A stretch of 64,000 bases of DNA, taken from Promethearchaeota archaeon. Lineage in GTDB: Archaea; Asgardarchaeota; Lokiarchaeia; Sigyniarchaeales; SOKP01. Positions 1 through 9,139 of this stretch are shown here, piece after piece (positions within the stretch are counted from its first letter, which is position 1; each line of letters starts with the position of its first letter). The stretch is from NCBI GenBank assembly GCA_048941285.1, contig JBHLNS010000009.1, positions 1 to 64,000 of the forward strand, in the 5' to 3' direction. Below the pieces are notes generated by a model that was given only the letters and a program-made list of their open reading frames with translations, was not told where the DNA came from and searched no databases. The translations under genes were made by a program, and so were the position numbers.

Positions 1-20
1 TTACTGTTTGTATTGTATTT

Positions 21-947
21 TTAGTCAAAATCGGGGACCTCTTGTATTTTAAACTGATGAGATAAACCTTTTAAATCATCAATAGAGTTATAATTATTAT
101 CTTTCAAATATCCAATTATTCCATGATTTATTTCACTAAGAATTTCAGTTGTTTTAAATAATGCAGTACCAATTTGGACTGCTGATGCTCCAACTAAAAA
201 GAATTCTATTACATCTTGCCAGGAAGCTATTCCTCCACATCCAATTATTGGGATTTTCAAAACTTTATGTAAATCATATACTTTCTTTATGGCTATAGGC
301 TGAATAGCTCTACCAGATAGACCTCCACTTCCATGAGATAAGATAGGTCTTTTAGTATTTATATCAATTTTCATAGCAGATAAAGTATTTATTGCTACTA
401 CTGCATCAGCACCACCTTCCTCAGCTGCTAAAGCTATTTCCACTATGTCAGTTACGTTTGGGTTTAATTTTACGAAGAGAGGAACTTCAAGTGTGTTTTT
501 TAGAAATTTTACTAATTTAAATGTTAAATCTTTATCGATACCTATAGAAGATACTTCAGCATGTGGACAAGAAATATTTATTTCAATAGCATCAGCCCCA
601 GCATTTTCAGCTTTAATTGCTACATCAAGATATTCCCCATTGGTACTTCCAAAAACGCTTACTATTAAGGGAATGTTATGTTTTTTTATTTCTTTTATTT
701 CTGAAACAAATTCATTGATTCCAGGATTACCTAAACCAACACTATTCATAAAAGATCCTGGGTATATTTCAATTATAGATGGATTTTTATACCCTTTTCT
801 TGGTTTTGGTCCGATAGATTTTGTAGTGACAGCACCCGCTCCAGCATCAATTACTCTTTTCATTGAAGAAAATGAGACCCCTAAAATCCCTGAAGCTAAA
901 ATTATTGGAGATTTTAGTTTTAAACCAGAAAGATTTACTTCTAGCAT
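21..947 (-). CDS. pyrD: Dihydroorotate dehydrogenase, family 1 catalytic subunit
   Basis: SPIILASG, TTKS, NSVGLGNPG, catalytic NISCPH, KLNPN, GGLSG and GCGGI motifs. Confidence 0.95.
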   Translation of the reverse strand: MLEVNLSGLKLKSPIILASGILGVSFSSMKRVIDAGAGAVTTKSIGPKPRKGYKNPSIIEIYPGSFMNSVGLGNPGINEFVSEIKEIKKHNIPLIVSVFGSTNGEYLDVAIKAENAGADAIEINISCPHAEVSSIGIDKDLTFKLVKFLKNTLEVPLFVKLNPNVTDIVEIALAAEEGGADAVVAINTLSAMKIDINTKRPILSHGSGGLSGRAIQPIAIKKVYDLHKVLKIPIIGCGGIASWQDVIEFFLVGASAVQIGTALFKTTEILSEINHGIIGYLKDNNYNSIDDLKGLSHQFKIQEVPDFD

Positions 948-1025
948 TTTTTAAAAGACAATAATGATTATAGTTTTATAATAATTATTAATGAAGGAAA
1001 AATAACTGTAAGTATAACAATCAAA

Positions 1026-2231
1026 ATGAAGTCGTATATAGCAGATACCTTAATTGGAATTTTTGCATTTGATGAATCTGGGAATATCTTAAACTTTATT
1101 GATTTTAATGATGATAATGAGAAAATTTCTGAATTTTATAATGCCCTAGAAAATGATATTATTCAAAAAATATTTGAGGTCTTCTTATTAGATTTAAAAA
1201 ATTCTGGTTTTAATGAATTTATTTTTGACAATATTAAATTAGAATTACTAACTTCGGAAAAATTAGGCTATAAAACTCATTTAGAAAGCAAATCGTTAGA
1301 ACTCAAAACTTTTCGTTTTAATCTAGAACAAAATTTAAAGAAAGTTGGAATAAATAAAACAAGAGAAGAAATCCTAACAAAATATAAAGAAATAAGTGAT
1401 AAATTAACTAAAAAAAAAGTTAGCGAAGTAAGTGGGCATTCAGATAATATTATTATTCAAGTTATTACAGTTTTAGATGTTATTAAAAAATCAATAAGCC
1501 TATTTTCAAGTCATCTAAGGGAATGGTATGGATTACATTTTCCTGAGTTAACTGATAAAATTATTGAAGATAATATTACTTTGGCAAATCTAATAAGGAA
1601 TTTAGGCTCGAGGAAAAATTTTACGTTTGACAATATTAAAAATAAGGTAGATTTGAAAGAAAGCAAAATTAAAGTTATACAACAATATGCTTTAGAATCA
1701 ATGGGCGCAAATATTGACTTATCTTTGATACAAAATTATGCAGATCAAATTATTTCATTAGATGATTATCGTTTACAATTAGAGAATTATTTAGAAACAA
1801 TATTAGAAATTTTTGCTCCTAACCTTAATTCCTTAATCGGTTCCTTAATTGCCGCAAAATTAATAGCGAAGGCAGGCAGTTTACAAAAATTGGCTTATAT
1901 GCCAGCATCGAGAATTCAATTATTAGGCGCAGAAAAGGCATTATACCGATTTCTTAAAACTGGTGAAAAAAGACCAAAACACGGGTTAATATTTCAATGG
2001 AATCAGATTAGATCAGCGAAACCTTATCACCGAGGTAAGATTGCTAGAGTTGTAGCAGGAAAAATTGGAGTTGCTGCTAAAGTAGATTACTTCAATGGTG
2101 AATTTTTAGGTGATAAATTATTGCAGGGAATTGAAGAAAAAATAAAAGAAATTGAAATTAAATATCCGAGTCCTCCAAAAAAAGCACCAATAGCAAAAGC
2201 TAAGAAAAAGAAATCGAAGAAAAAAAGATAA
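1026..2231 (+). CDS. nop5: Box C/D sRNP protein Nop5 (Nop56/58 family)
   Basis: LREWYGLHFPEL, PASRIQLLGAEKALYRFL and PKHGLIFQ motifs; Lys-rich tail; directly upstream of fibrillarin. Confidence 0.95.
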   Translation: MKSYIADTLIGIFAFDESGNILNFIDFNDDNEKISEFYNALENDIIQKIFEVFLLDLKNSGFNEFIFDNIKLELLTSEKLGYKTHLESKSLELKTFRFNLEQNLKKVGINKTREEILTKYKEISDKLTKKKVSEVSGHSDNIIIQVITVLDVIKKSISLFSSHLREWYGLHFPELTDKIIEDNITLANLIRNLGSRKNFTFDNIKNKVDLKESKIKVIQQYALESMGANIDLSLIQNYADQIISLDDYRLQLENYLETILEIFAPNLNSLIGSLIAAKLIAKAGSLQKLAYMPASRIQLLGAEKALYRFLKTGEKRPKHGLIFQWNQIRSAKPYHRGKIARVVAGKIGVAAKVDYFNGEFLGDKLLQGIEEKIKEIEIKYPSPPKKAPIAKAKKKKSKKKR

Positions 2232-2251
2232 TATATTACAGCGAGAGGAAA

Positions 2252-2947
2252 ATGTTAAAAACTGAAATTAGAAAGCACCCTAAATTTTACAATGTGTTTA
2301 TTTCAGGAACTCAAGAGAGATTAAAACTCTATACAAAAAATTTAGATATAAATAAAAGAGTATATGGAGAGAAATTAATAACTTTTAAAGGGGTAGAATA
2401 CCGAGAATGGGATCCATTTAGAAGTAAATTAGCAGCATTACTTTTAGAAAATCCTATCACAAACTTTTTATCAGAAAATCTAAAATGTTTGTATTTAGGA
2501 GCATCTTCAGGAACTACAATTTCTCACCTTTCCGATATTATAAATTTTGGAATAATTTATGGTGTTGAGTTTGCTGAAAGAAGTATGAGACAATTAATCC
2601 AAAATATAGTAAATAGGGAAAATATTGTTCCAATATTGGAAGATGCACGTTTTCCAGAGAATTATGGTAAATATATTTTTACTAATATAGATTTAATTTA
2701 CCAAGATGTTGCTCAACCACGACAAGCAGAAATTGCTCTAAAAAATTGCAATTATTATTTAAAGAAGGGGGGAATTTTAATTCTTGCTATAAAATCTCAG
2801 TCAATTGATAGCATTCAAAAATCTGAAATTACATATACTCAGGAGAAAAAGATACTTGAAAAGGCCGGATATAAGGTTTTAGAAAGCATAAATATCCATA
2901 AATATGCTGCTAATCATATAGTTTTAATAGTTAAAAAAAGTGATTAG
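2252..2947 (+). CDS. flpA: Fibrillarin-like rRNA/tRNA 2'-O-methyltransferase
   Basis: YREWDPFRSKLAA, LYLGASSGTTISHLSD, DVAQPRQA. Confidence 0.96.
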   Translation: MLKTEIRKHPKFYNVFISGTQERLKLYTKNLDINKRVYGEKLITFKGVEYREWDPFRSKLAALLLENPITNFLSENLKCLYLGASSGTTISHLSDIINFGIIYGVEFAERSMRQLIQNIVNRENIVPILEDARFPENYGKYIFTNIDLIYQDVAQPRQAEIALKNCNYYLKKGGILILAIKSQSIDSIQKSEITYTQEKKILEKAGYKVLESINIHKYAANHIVLIVKKSD

Positions 2948-3666
2948 TCAAAAAATTCAGTGATTTTTTTTGAATATATTTCTTCATTTACTATTTTTTT
3001 CGTTGTATCCCACGATTTTCTTGCGATTTTAGGTATTTTTTTATTCTCTTTCACATAATTTCTGAGAAATTGGGTTGTTATAATATCAGAAGGGTATCCT
3101 GAACCAAAATTTCCATATTTCATATGCAATTCTTTTATTAGAGTATCTCTTTTATCTTTAGCAATTATAGACCCTGCCGAAACAATTGGATAGAGATCAT
3201 CAGCTTTATGTTTAGAAATTATTTTTTTGGGAGTATAATTCAATAATTGTTTTATAGATTTTCCGAATCTCTGCTCATTTACATCTGCAGCATCTATATA
3301 GATTATATCTGGCTGCAAATCGTTAATAATTTCTGCCATTTTTAACTCTTCAAGTCGATTCAATGTAAGTTTTTTACTTTCTCTTGCATCAATTTCTTGA
3401 GGACTAATTACAACTATTTTGTGTGAATGACACTTACTCTGCAAGAGATTATTTAACTCACTTCTACTTTTGGGAGATAATTTTTTTGAATCTTTAACCC
3501 CAATTTCAGATAATAAGTTTATTTTTGATTTTTTGAAACAAACTCCACATATAACCATAGGACCTAAGACAGAGCCTTTTAACATATAATTCGAAGAGAA
3601 TTAAATTCTACCAGCCTCGTCGATCCCACAGATTAATTCGATTTTATCCTCACGATTCTTGTACAA
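2944..3666 (-). CDS. rnhB: Ribonuclease HII, split by a predicted 30-nt BHB intron (exon 1 3666-3608, exon 2 3577-2944; about 230 aa spliced)
   Basis: The track ORF (start 3585) lacks the N-terminal catalytic motif. In-frame upstream sequence encodes ELICGIDEAGR, separated from GSVLGPMV by 30 nt containing TAA. KADDLYPIVSAGSIIAK and GSGYPSD occur downstream. The start at TTG 3666 is inferred. Confidence 0.9.
3578..3607 (-). other. Predicted BHB (tRNA-type) intron in rnhB mRNA: AATTTAATTCTCTTCGAATTATATGTTAAA
   Basis: Central helix UGGU/GUUA, 3-nt bulges AG|A and AA|A, inner stem AUUUAAUUC/GAAUUAUAU, exon-exon stem GACGAGGC/GGCUCUGUC. Removal restores DEAGRGSVLG and deletes the in-frame TAA at 3601-3603. 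Confidence 0.82.
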
Positions 3667-4651
3667 GTTCAATGAATTCTTCTTCATCATCGACTTCTTC
3701 TAAATTTTTAATTTTAACAATAGGGATATTTGTATTTTTTAACTGTTCAGGAATTTTGATATCATTATCAATTATGAAAAGTGAATTTTTATGAAATAGA
3801 TCTGTGAATAACTTTAGACATTGGAAATTCATTTCATTTATTTTTCCTTGTTCTTCAGAGATCCCAGAAAATAGAGGATAAAAGCTATCTTTACTTATCT
3901 TAGGTGAATGAGAGTATAAAGATAATTTGAAAGGAATAGATCCTTTTTTATACCAATAAGAAGAAAGACCAATATCCATTATTATATCTTGAACATGTGA
4001 TTCAAATTTGCTTAATTCTTTTTCTTCTGAAACTCCTTTTTCATCTAAATCATCTTTTATTGTCCATTCAAAAAGATTTATTTTCTTAAAGAGATCATTA
4101 TTTTCTAATATCTCTGATATTTGTTCAGCAATTTTCTCTGACGGTCGCATAGATTCATTTTCATATGAACATATAGTTCTCTTTGTAACTCCTAAGATTT
4201 CTGATAATTCTTTTCGTGATATTAAATTTTTTTCTCTTAAGATTTTCATTAATTTACCATCTAAAAATACTATTGCTCCACCTCTTCTCGCTAATATATG
4301 TGGATAATGGCCATTAAGTATATTTTCTAATGTATTAAGTGTTATAAAGGGTAAACCCTCTCTTACATAAATAGTATTGTCTTCTAGTTTCTGGTACCGA
4401 TTTCTGATTCCAATTAGTAAAGGCTTTGATTTAAGGATTAAGGATAATGATTTTATGTCATGAATAACACTTTCATTTAGGTTATCTATATTAGGAAATA
4501 TTTTAACACTGAATACCAAATCTTCTTTCTTAACTAAAAGATCAAAACAGAATTTATTTTTATTAATAGCAAAATTTCCCAATGCTAATGTTTCATAATT
4601 AGCCTTCTTTAATAATACATCAATCCTTTGAATTATCTTTTCAATCGTCAA
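3650..4651 (-). CDS. Archaeal HTH transcriptional regulator (COG1395-like)
   Basis: FDLLVKK N-terminal domain, ARRGG and XRE-type HTH SRKELSEILGVTKRTICSYEN. Confidence 0.85.
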   Translation of the reverse strand: MTIEKIIQRIDVLLKKANYETLALGNFAINKNKFCFDLLVKKEDLVFSVKIFPNIDNLNESVIHDIKSLSLILKSKPLLIGIRNRYQKLEDNTIYVREGLPFITLNTLENILNGHYPHILARRGGAIVFLDGKLMKILREKNLISRKELSEILGVTKRTICSYENESMRPSEKIAEQISEILENNDLFKKINLFEWTIKDDLDEKGVSEEKELSKFESHVQDIIMDIGLSSYWYKKGSIPFKLSLYSHSPKISKDSFYPLFSGISEEQGKINEMNFQCLKLFTDLFHKNSLFIIDNDIKIPEQLKNTNIPIVKIKNLEEVDDEEEFIELVQES

Positions 4652-4765
4652 ATCTAATCTTTAAAAAACTATATAGCATAAAAAAATTATTCTTTTTTGA
4701 ATAAGGAATATAATCTTATAAATATATAGCTTTTACATTGGTAATGACAAACTTTCTATGCTTTC

Positions 4766-5353
4766 TTATTTTTTATTAGATATGCGTAGAAGATCTGAAT
4801 CCGTGATAATTCCAGTATATTCATTGTTTTCTTTCACTAAAACAGCTGGATATTTCATAAGTAGATCAGAAATATCCTTCACATTCCAATTTTTATCAAT
4901 TTCTGGAAAAGGGAGTTCTTTTATTAGCGACACATCCATATTGATAATCGTTGGATTATCTGTGATATATTTTTGTATTTTTTTTGAGGTAATACTACCA
5001 AAATTTTGATTATTTTCTATTATTGGTAATTGTGAAATTCCATTTTCATTCATTAAATTAACTGCCTCTCTTATTGTAGATCTAGGATTTATGAATTTGA
5101 TATTAGTAGTCATTAATTCTCCTGCAATCCGGACTGATTCTTCCTTTTTCTTACGTTTATTAATTAAATATTCAAAAATCCTCTTAAATTTGGTGTATGG
5201 AGGATCAACAGTTCCTCTCTCTATTCTAGAAATTGTGGATTGAGGAATATTTAATTTTTCGACCCTAGCAAGTTCGTTTGCTAATTGTTTTTGGCTAATG
5301 TCTAACTTTTTACGTAATCGTTTGATTTCACTTAAATCTGGTAATTTATCCAT
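4766..5353 (-). CDS. XRE-HTH plus CBS-pair transcriptional regulator (COG3620-like)
   Basis: IKRLRKKLDISQKQLA...QSTISRIERGTVDP; CBS motifs ISQLPII and GIITDSDLL. Confidence 0.88.
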   Translation of the reverse strand: MDKLPDLSEIKRLRKKLDISQKQLANELARVEKLNIPQSTISRIERGTVDPPYTKFKRIFEYLINKRKKKEESVRIAGELMTTNIKFINPRSTIREAVNLMNENGISQLPIIENNQNFGSITSKKIQKYITDNPTIINMDVSLIKELPFPEIDKNWNVKDISDLLMKYPAVLVKENNEYTGIITDSDLLRISNKK

Positions 5354-5535
5354 TTTTGCTATGAATAGATTTTATGCTTCTTATGCATAATATAATTACA
5401 AAATATTTATAAAAGTTATTAATTAAAAATTCTGATGATACGATGTATTGCATTTTTGATTTAATAAGGAATTTAACTGATAATTAATTTAAAAACATAT
5501 TTAGTAGAACTATTTATAGAAGATGAGTAATTGAA

Positions 5536-6780
5536 ATGTTGAAAATTTCAAAGGCACATTTTTTACCAATTGAAAAAAGTGATTTTCCCGAACTCTGTGA
5601 AAGGAAAGGAATTGGACATCCTGATACTGTGTGCGATGCTGTTGCTGATGCATGCTCTAGAGCCTTATGTCTTTACTATCTCGAGAATTTCAATCGAATA
5701 TACCACCATAATGTAGACAAAGCAGCATTAGTAGGTGGAACAGCAAAACCAAAATATGGTGGTGGTCAAATTATCCAACCACAATATTTTTTGATTGTTG
5801 GAAGAGCAATAAATCAAATTCTTACAGAATGTGGTGATGGTTCAAATAAACTTGAATATGTTCCTATTCCAACAATTTGTATTGAAACCCAACGTGAAGT
5901 ACTCTCAAATATTTTTAGAAACCTTGATTTAAATCGAGATATCCAATTTGATTATGCAGTTCGACCAGGATCGATTGATCTAACGGGAGTTTTTGATGAA
6001 TCCCATCATACTGAAGAAGTTCCACTCGCTAATGATACTAGTTTTGGAGTAGGGTATGCTCCTTATTCGGATGTTGAAAAGATAGCTTTAGAAGCAGAAT
6101 ATTTAATCAATTCAGATAAATTCAAAGACAAATGTAAGGCTTCTGGGGAAGATGTTAAAGTAATGGTTGAGAGAATTGGAAATGAAGTGGGAATAACTGT
6201 TGCAGCCGCAATGGTAAGCAAATATATAAATGATGCGAGTGAATATGTTAGCTATGTTGATCAAATCAAGGAAGCTGTTTTAGATTTAGCCGCAGATATA
6301 ATTCCAGACCGAGAAGTATCATGTCAAGTCAATGTAGCAGATAAGATCGAAAAAGGAATTATGTACTTAACTATTACTGGAACATCTGCCGAAGCGGGTG
6401 ATGATGGAGAAGTAGGACGTGGAAATCGATCTAACGGTCTTATAACACCTTGCAGAACAATGAGTTTAGAAGCTGTTTGTGGAAAAAATCCTATTAATCA
6501 TGTAGGTAAATTATATAATGTACTTGGAACAGAAATGGCTAGAGAAATAATAAAGAGAGGTCAAGGAGATATTATAGAAGCACATGTCAAATTATTATCT
6601 CAAATTGGTAGACCTATCACCGACCCCTGGGTTAATTCAATCGAATTGATTCCTGCTGATAATGTAAACTTCGATTCAGTTAAAAAAATAGCTCAGGAAG
6701 TTACAGCTGAAAAACTTAGTAAGGAATACTTCATTGATTTACGAAAAAGATTAATTGCTGGTAAAGTCCAAGTTTTTTGA
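5536..6780 (+). CDS. mat: Archaeal-type S-adenosylmethionine synthetase
   Basis: [68 protein letters not shown]. Confidence 0.96.
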   Translation: MLKISKAHFLPIEKSDFPELCERKGIGHPDTVCDAVADACSRALCLYYLENFNRIYHHNVDKAALVGGTAKPKYGGGQIIQPQYFLIVGRAINQILTECGDGSNKLEYVPIPTICIETQREVLSNIFRNLDLNRDIQFDYAVRPGSIDLTGVFDESHHTEEVPLANDTSFGVGYAPYSDVEKIALEAEYLINSDKFKDKCKASGEDVKVMVERIGNEVGITVAAAMVSKYINDASEYVSYVDQIKEAVLDLAADIIPDREVSCQVNVADKIEKGIMYLTITGTSAEAGDDGEVGRGNRSNGLITPCRTMSLEAVCGKNPINHVGKLYNVLGTEMAREIIKRGQGDIIEAHVKLLSQIGRPITDPWVNSIELIPADNVNFDSVKKIAQEVTAEKLSKEYFIDLRKRLIAGKVQVF

Positions 6781-6800
6781 TAAATTCTTATAGATAAACA

Positions 6801-6829
6801 AATTTTTATTTTTTTCTCTTTTTTCTTTT
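6801..6829 (+). terminator. Oligo-T tract after mat (archaeal-type terminator)
   Basis: Several T runs about 20-50 nt after the stop codon. Confidence 0.45.
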
Positions 6830-6915
6830 ATTAGGTAATTTATAGCACAATTTTATAATTTTATACAATCCAATTATTTTTTTATTAAAACAATGATATC
6901 TAAAAGTGAGGCTGA

Positions 6916-7182
6916 ATGGGTTTAGATAAGTGGCTAAAGTCAGATGATAAAAAAAATGATCTAAAAAATATGAAAATTCCCACAAAACAAGTTGAAAAGA
7001 GGAAAAAAGAACAAAAAAAAAACAAAACTGTTGAACAACAAATAAGAAAATTGATAAAGTATACGCTTCTTTGTGGAAACACTATATGTAAGTATCAAAG
7101 AATTATAGTTAAAAAGCAACTGAGTGAAAAGGATAGAATCTGCCCTAGATGTGGAAAAAATATGAGAGTTAAGGAAGAATAA
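6916..7182 (+). CDS. Small basic Zn-ribbon protein
   Basis: MGLDKWL start, Lys-rich linker, CGNTIC and CPRCG; SD-like GTGAGG upstream. Confidence 0.6.
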   Translation: MGLDKWLKSDDKKNDLKNMKIPTKQVEKRKKEQKKNKTVEQQIRKLIKYTLLCGNTICKYQRIIVKKQLSEKDRICPRCGKNMRVKEE

Positions 7183-7435
7183 ATTTACTAGGTAAACCAA
7201 AATCTTTAGTATTATTCAAAAAATTAGATGGAAGATTATCTAAATCAAAAACAGATTCACAATTTGGGCAAGTGTTAGGTTTTTTACTGTATTTTAATAT
7301 TAAGTAAACAATAAAACCCAAACCTAAAGTTAGAATGACCATAAAACAGAGGACTTCATGATAAACATGGTTAAAATTCTTACGTCTAAGGGATACCACC
7401 CTTTCACATGTTGGACAGTATACTTTATGACCCAC
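7169..7435 (-). CDS. LITAF-like Zn-ribbon membrane-associated protein
   Basis: CPTC, then a hydrophobic stretch (VLCFMVILTLGLGFIVYLIL), then CPNC. Confidence 0.65.
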   Translation of the reverse strand: MGHKVYCPTCERVVSLRRKNFNHVYHEVLCFMVILTLGLGFIVYLILKYSKKPNTCPNCESVFDLDNLPSNFLNNTKDFGLPSKFILP

Positions 7436-7579
7436 TGGTTAACTTCTCTCTTTTTAATAATTAAATTAAATATATTAAATTATAATTAATTTTTGGTTAT
7501 TATAAAAATACAATTTTTTTTTTATTACATTGTTTTATCAATAGGTCTAATATAAACCGAGCTTGAAAAATAAAAGGTA

Positions 7580-7744
7580 TTAATTAAAACCTCTAAAAAC
7601 TTTTTTTTCCTCTTGCTTCTTTTTCTTTTCTCCAGTTGTTAAAATATCCCAAGTGCTACTAACACCCATATCTTTTAATTTCTTTCGCTCCTCATCTAAA
7701 GACATATCATTTTTATTCTCATCTTCAAATTCATCTTCACTCAT
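7580..7744 (-). CDS. Small charged protein, 54 aa (MSEDEFEDENKNDMSLDEERKKLKDMGVSSTWDILTTGEKKKKQEEKKVFRGFN); not in ORF track
   Basis: ATG-to-TAA ORF with host-like purine-rich codons, filling an intergenic gap. Confidence 0.6.
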   Translation of the reverse strand: MSEDEFEDENKNDMSLDEERKKLKDMGVSSTWDILTTGEKKKKQEEKKVFRGFN

Positions 7745-7946
7745 CAAACAAACCAATAAAATCTTTATCCTTAATAAACTAGTGTGATTAGCCTTAATAT
7801 ATTTTTCTTAATTTAAGATTAATAAGCGTTATGTAAATGTTATAGCATTATTAGGAAAAATTTAATGATGACATACTCAATAAAATTTTAAGTATCTAAT
7901 TTTATATTTTATTAAAAATCATTTTAAAAAATTTTTTATACTAAAT

Positions 7947-8951
7947 TTGGTAATAATTATGACAATTTGCGCGCATTGTGGGCGTGAAATAATTGGAGAA
8001 CTTTTTCATTGTAATGAATGTGGATATAATTATTGTGCAATACATAAAGATCCAGTAAATCATGATTGCGATATCATAAAAGATAGTTTAACATTACAGC
8101 AATCACCAACTGTTATCCCCTCTTACAATCAAATGCCTCAGTCTTTACAAGCTCCTCAAGAACAAATATATCAACAGCCAAGTGCTTCTGGAGTAATTCG
8201 AGGGACGACAGATGGAACATATACTTGGTATCATCAAGAAAGTCAAGTACCAGTCAATGCGTTTGATCCTGATTCAGGTATTAAATTTAAAGGAATCTTA
8301 TTACCTCATAAATCAGAATTATTTCATTTTATAGTGGGAGTATCTCTTATTTATATAATCGGCATTATAACTTTCACTCCTGATTTAATAACTTATCCCG
8401 GTTATCAATGGGCAATTTTCATGTTAGCGGGTTTTTATGCGACAGCCTTTCTTTTTCATGAGCTGGGACATAGACAGGTAGCAGTTCACTTCAACCTTCA
8501 AACTAAGTTCAGATTATTAACCTTTGGAATGATTTTAACAGTTGTTGGTGTGGTTATAAACATATATTCATTAATGTCTGGTGGGAATAGCTTTCCTTCC
8601 TTAGCTCTACCAGGTGCCGTTGTTGTTTTAGGACTAAGTAAAATAGATAGAACTACAGGATTATGCAAAGCTGCTGGACCCACAGTGAATCTGGTATATG
8701 GTATCATCCTTTTCGCAGTATCTTTTATAATTCCAATATACCCGCTTAATATGTTAATCGGTTTAGCCGCGAATTTGAATTTTATGTTGGGTACTTTCAA
8801 TATGATTCCTATTGGCATTCTAGATGGCCAAAATATTTGGAAATGGAACAAAAAAATCTATATCGTATTAGGGGGTTCATTAATAACACTTTTAATAATT
8901 ACATATATACTTATCTACGCTCCAATTACGAGTAATCCATACATTCCCTAA
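7947..8951 (+). CDS. AN1-type Zn finger fused to site-2 (M50) intramembrane metalloprotease
   Basis: CAHC...CNECGYNYCAIH...HDC; HELGH, AAGPTVN, FNMIPIGILDG; probable start ATG 7959. Confidence 0.88.
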   Translation: MVIIMTICAHCGREIIGELFHCNECGYNYCAIHKDPVNHDCDIIKDSLTLQQSPTVIPSYNQMPQSLQAPQEQIYQQPSASGVIRGTTDGTYTWYHQESQVPVNAFDPDSGIKFKGILLPHKSELFHFIVGVSLIYIIGIITFTPDLITYPGYQWAIFMLAGFYATAFLFHELGHRQVAVHFNLQTKFRLLTFGMILTVVGVVINIYSLMSGGNSFPSLALPGAVVVLGLSKIDRTTGLCKAAGPTVNLVYGIILFAVSFIIPIYPLNMLIGLAANLNFMLGTFNMIPIGILDGQNIWKWNKKIYIVLGGSLITLLIITYILIYAPITSNPYIP

Positions 8952-9139
8952 TATTATTTATTTCCTTATTTTTCTCTAATTTTGAAATAATTATTTTTTT
9001 AAGACTATACATGCATTATGACAAAAATAAAAAGAAAAAATTATGAAGGATGATTATTTTAAATTATTTGAATTTTGAGTATTATTTATAATATTATTTG
9101 AGCAAAAAAACAATATAATTGATCTTAAAGTGATTTAAA

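Noticed and set aside
1-28. Possible start of the next minus-strand gene (TTG, MTKNTIQTV), perhaps pyrK
   Set aside because: Only 9 codons lie in the window, so it cannot be supported.
3583-3585. Track start ATG for rnhB (MLKGSVLG...)
   Set aside because: It lies inside the predicted intron and would omit the catalytic DEAG residues encoded in frame upstream.
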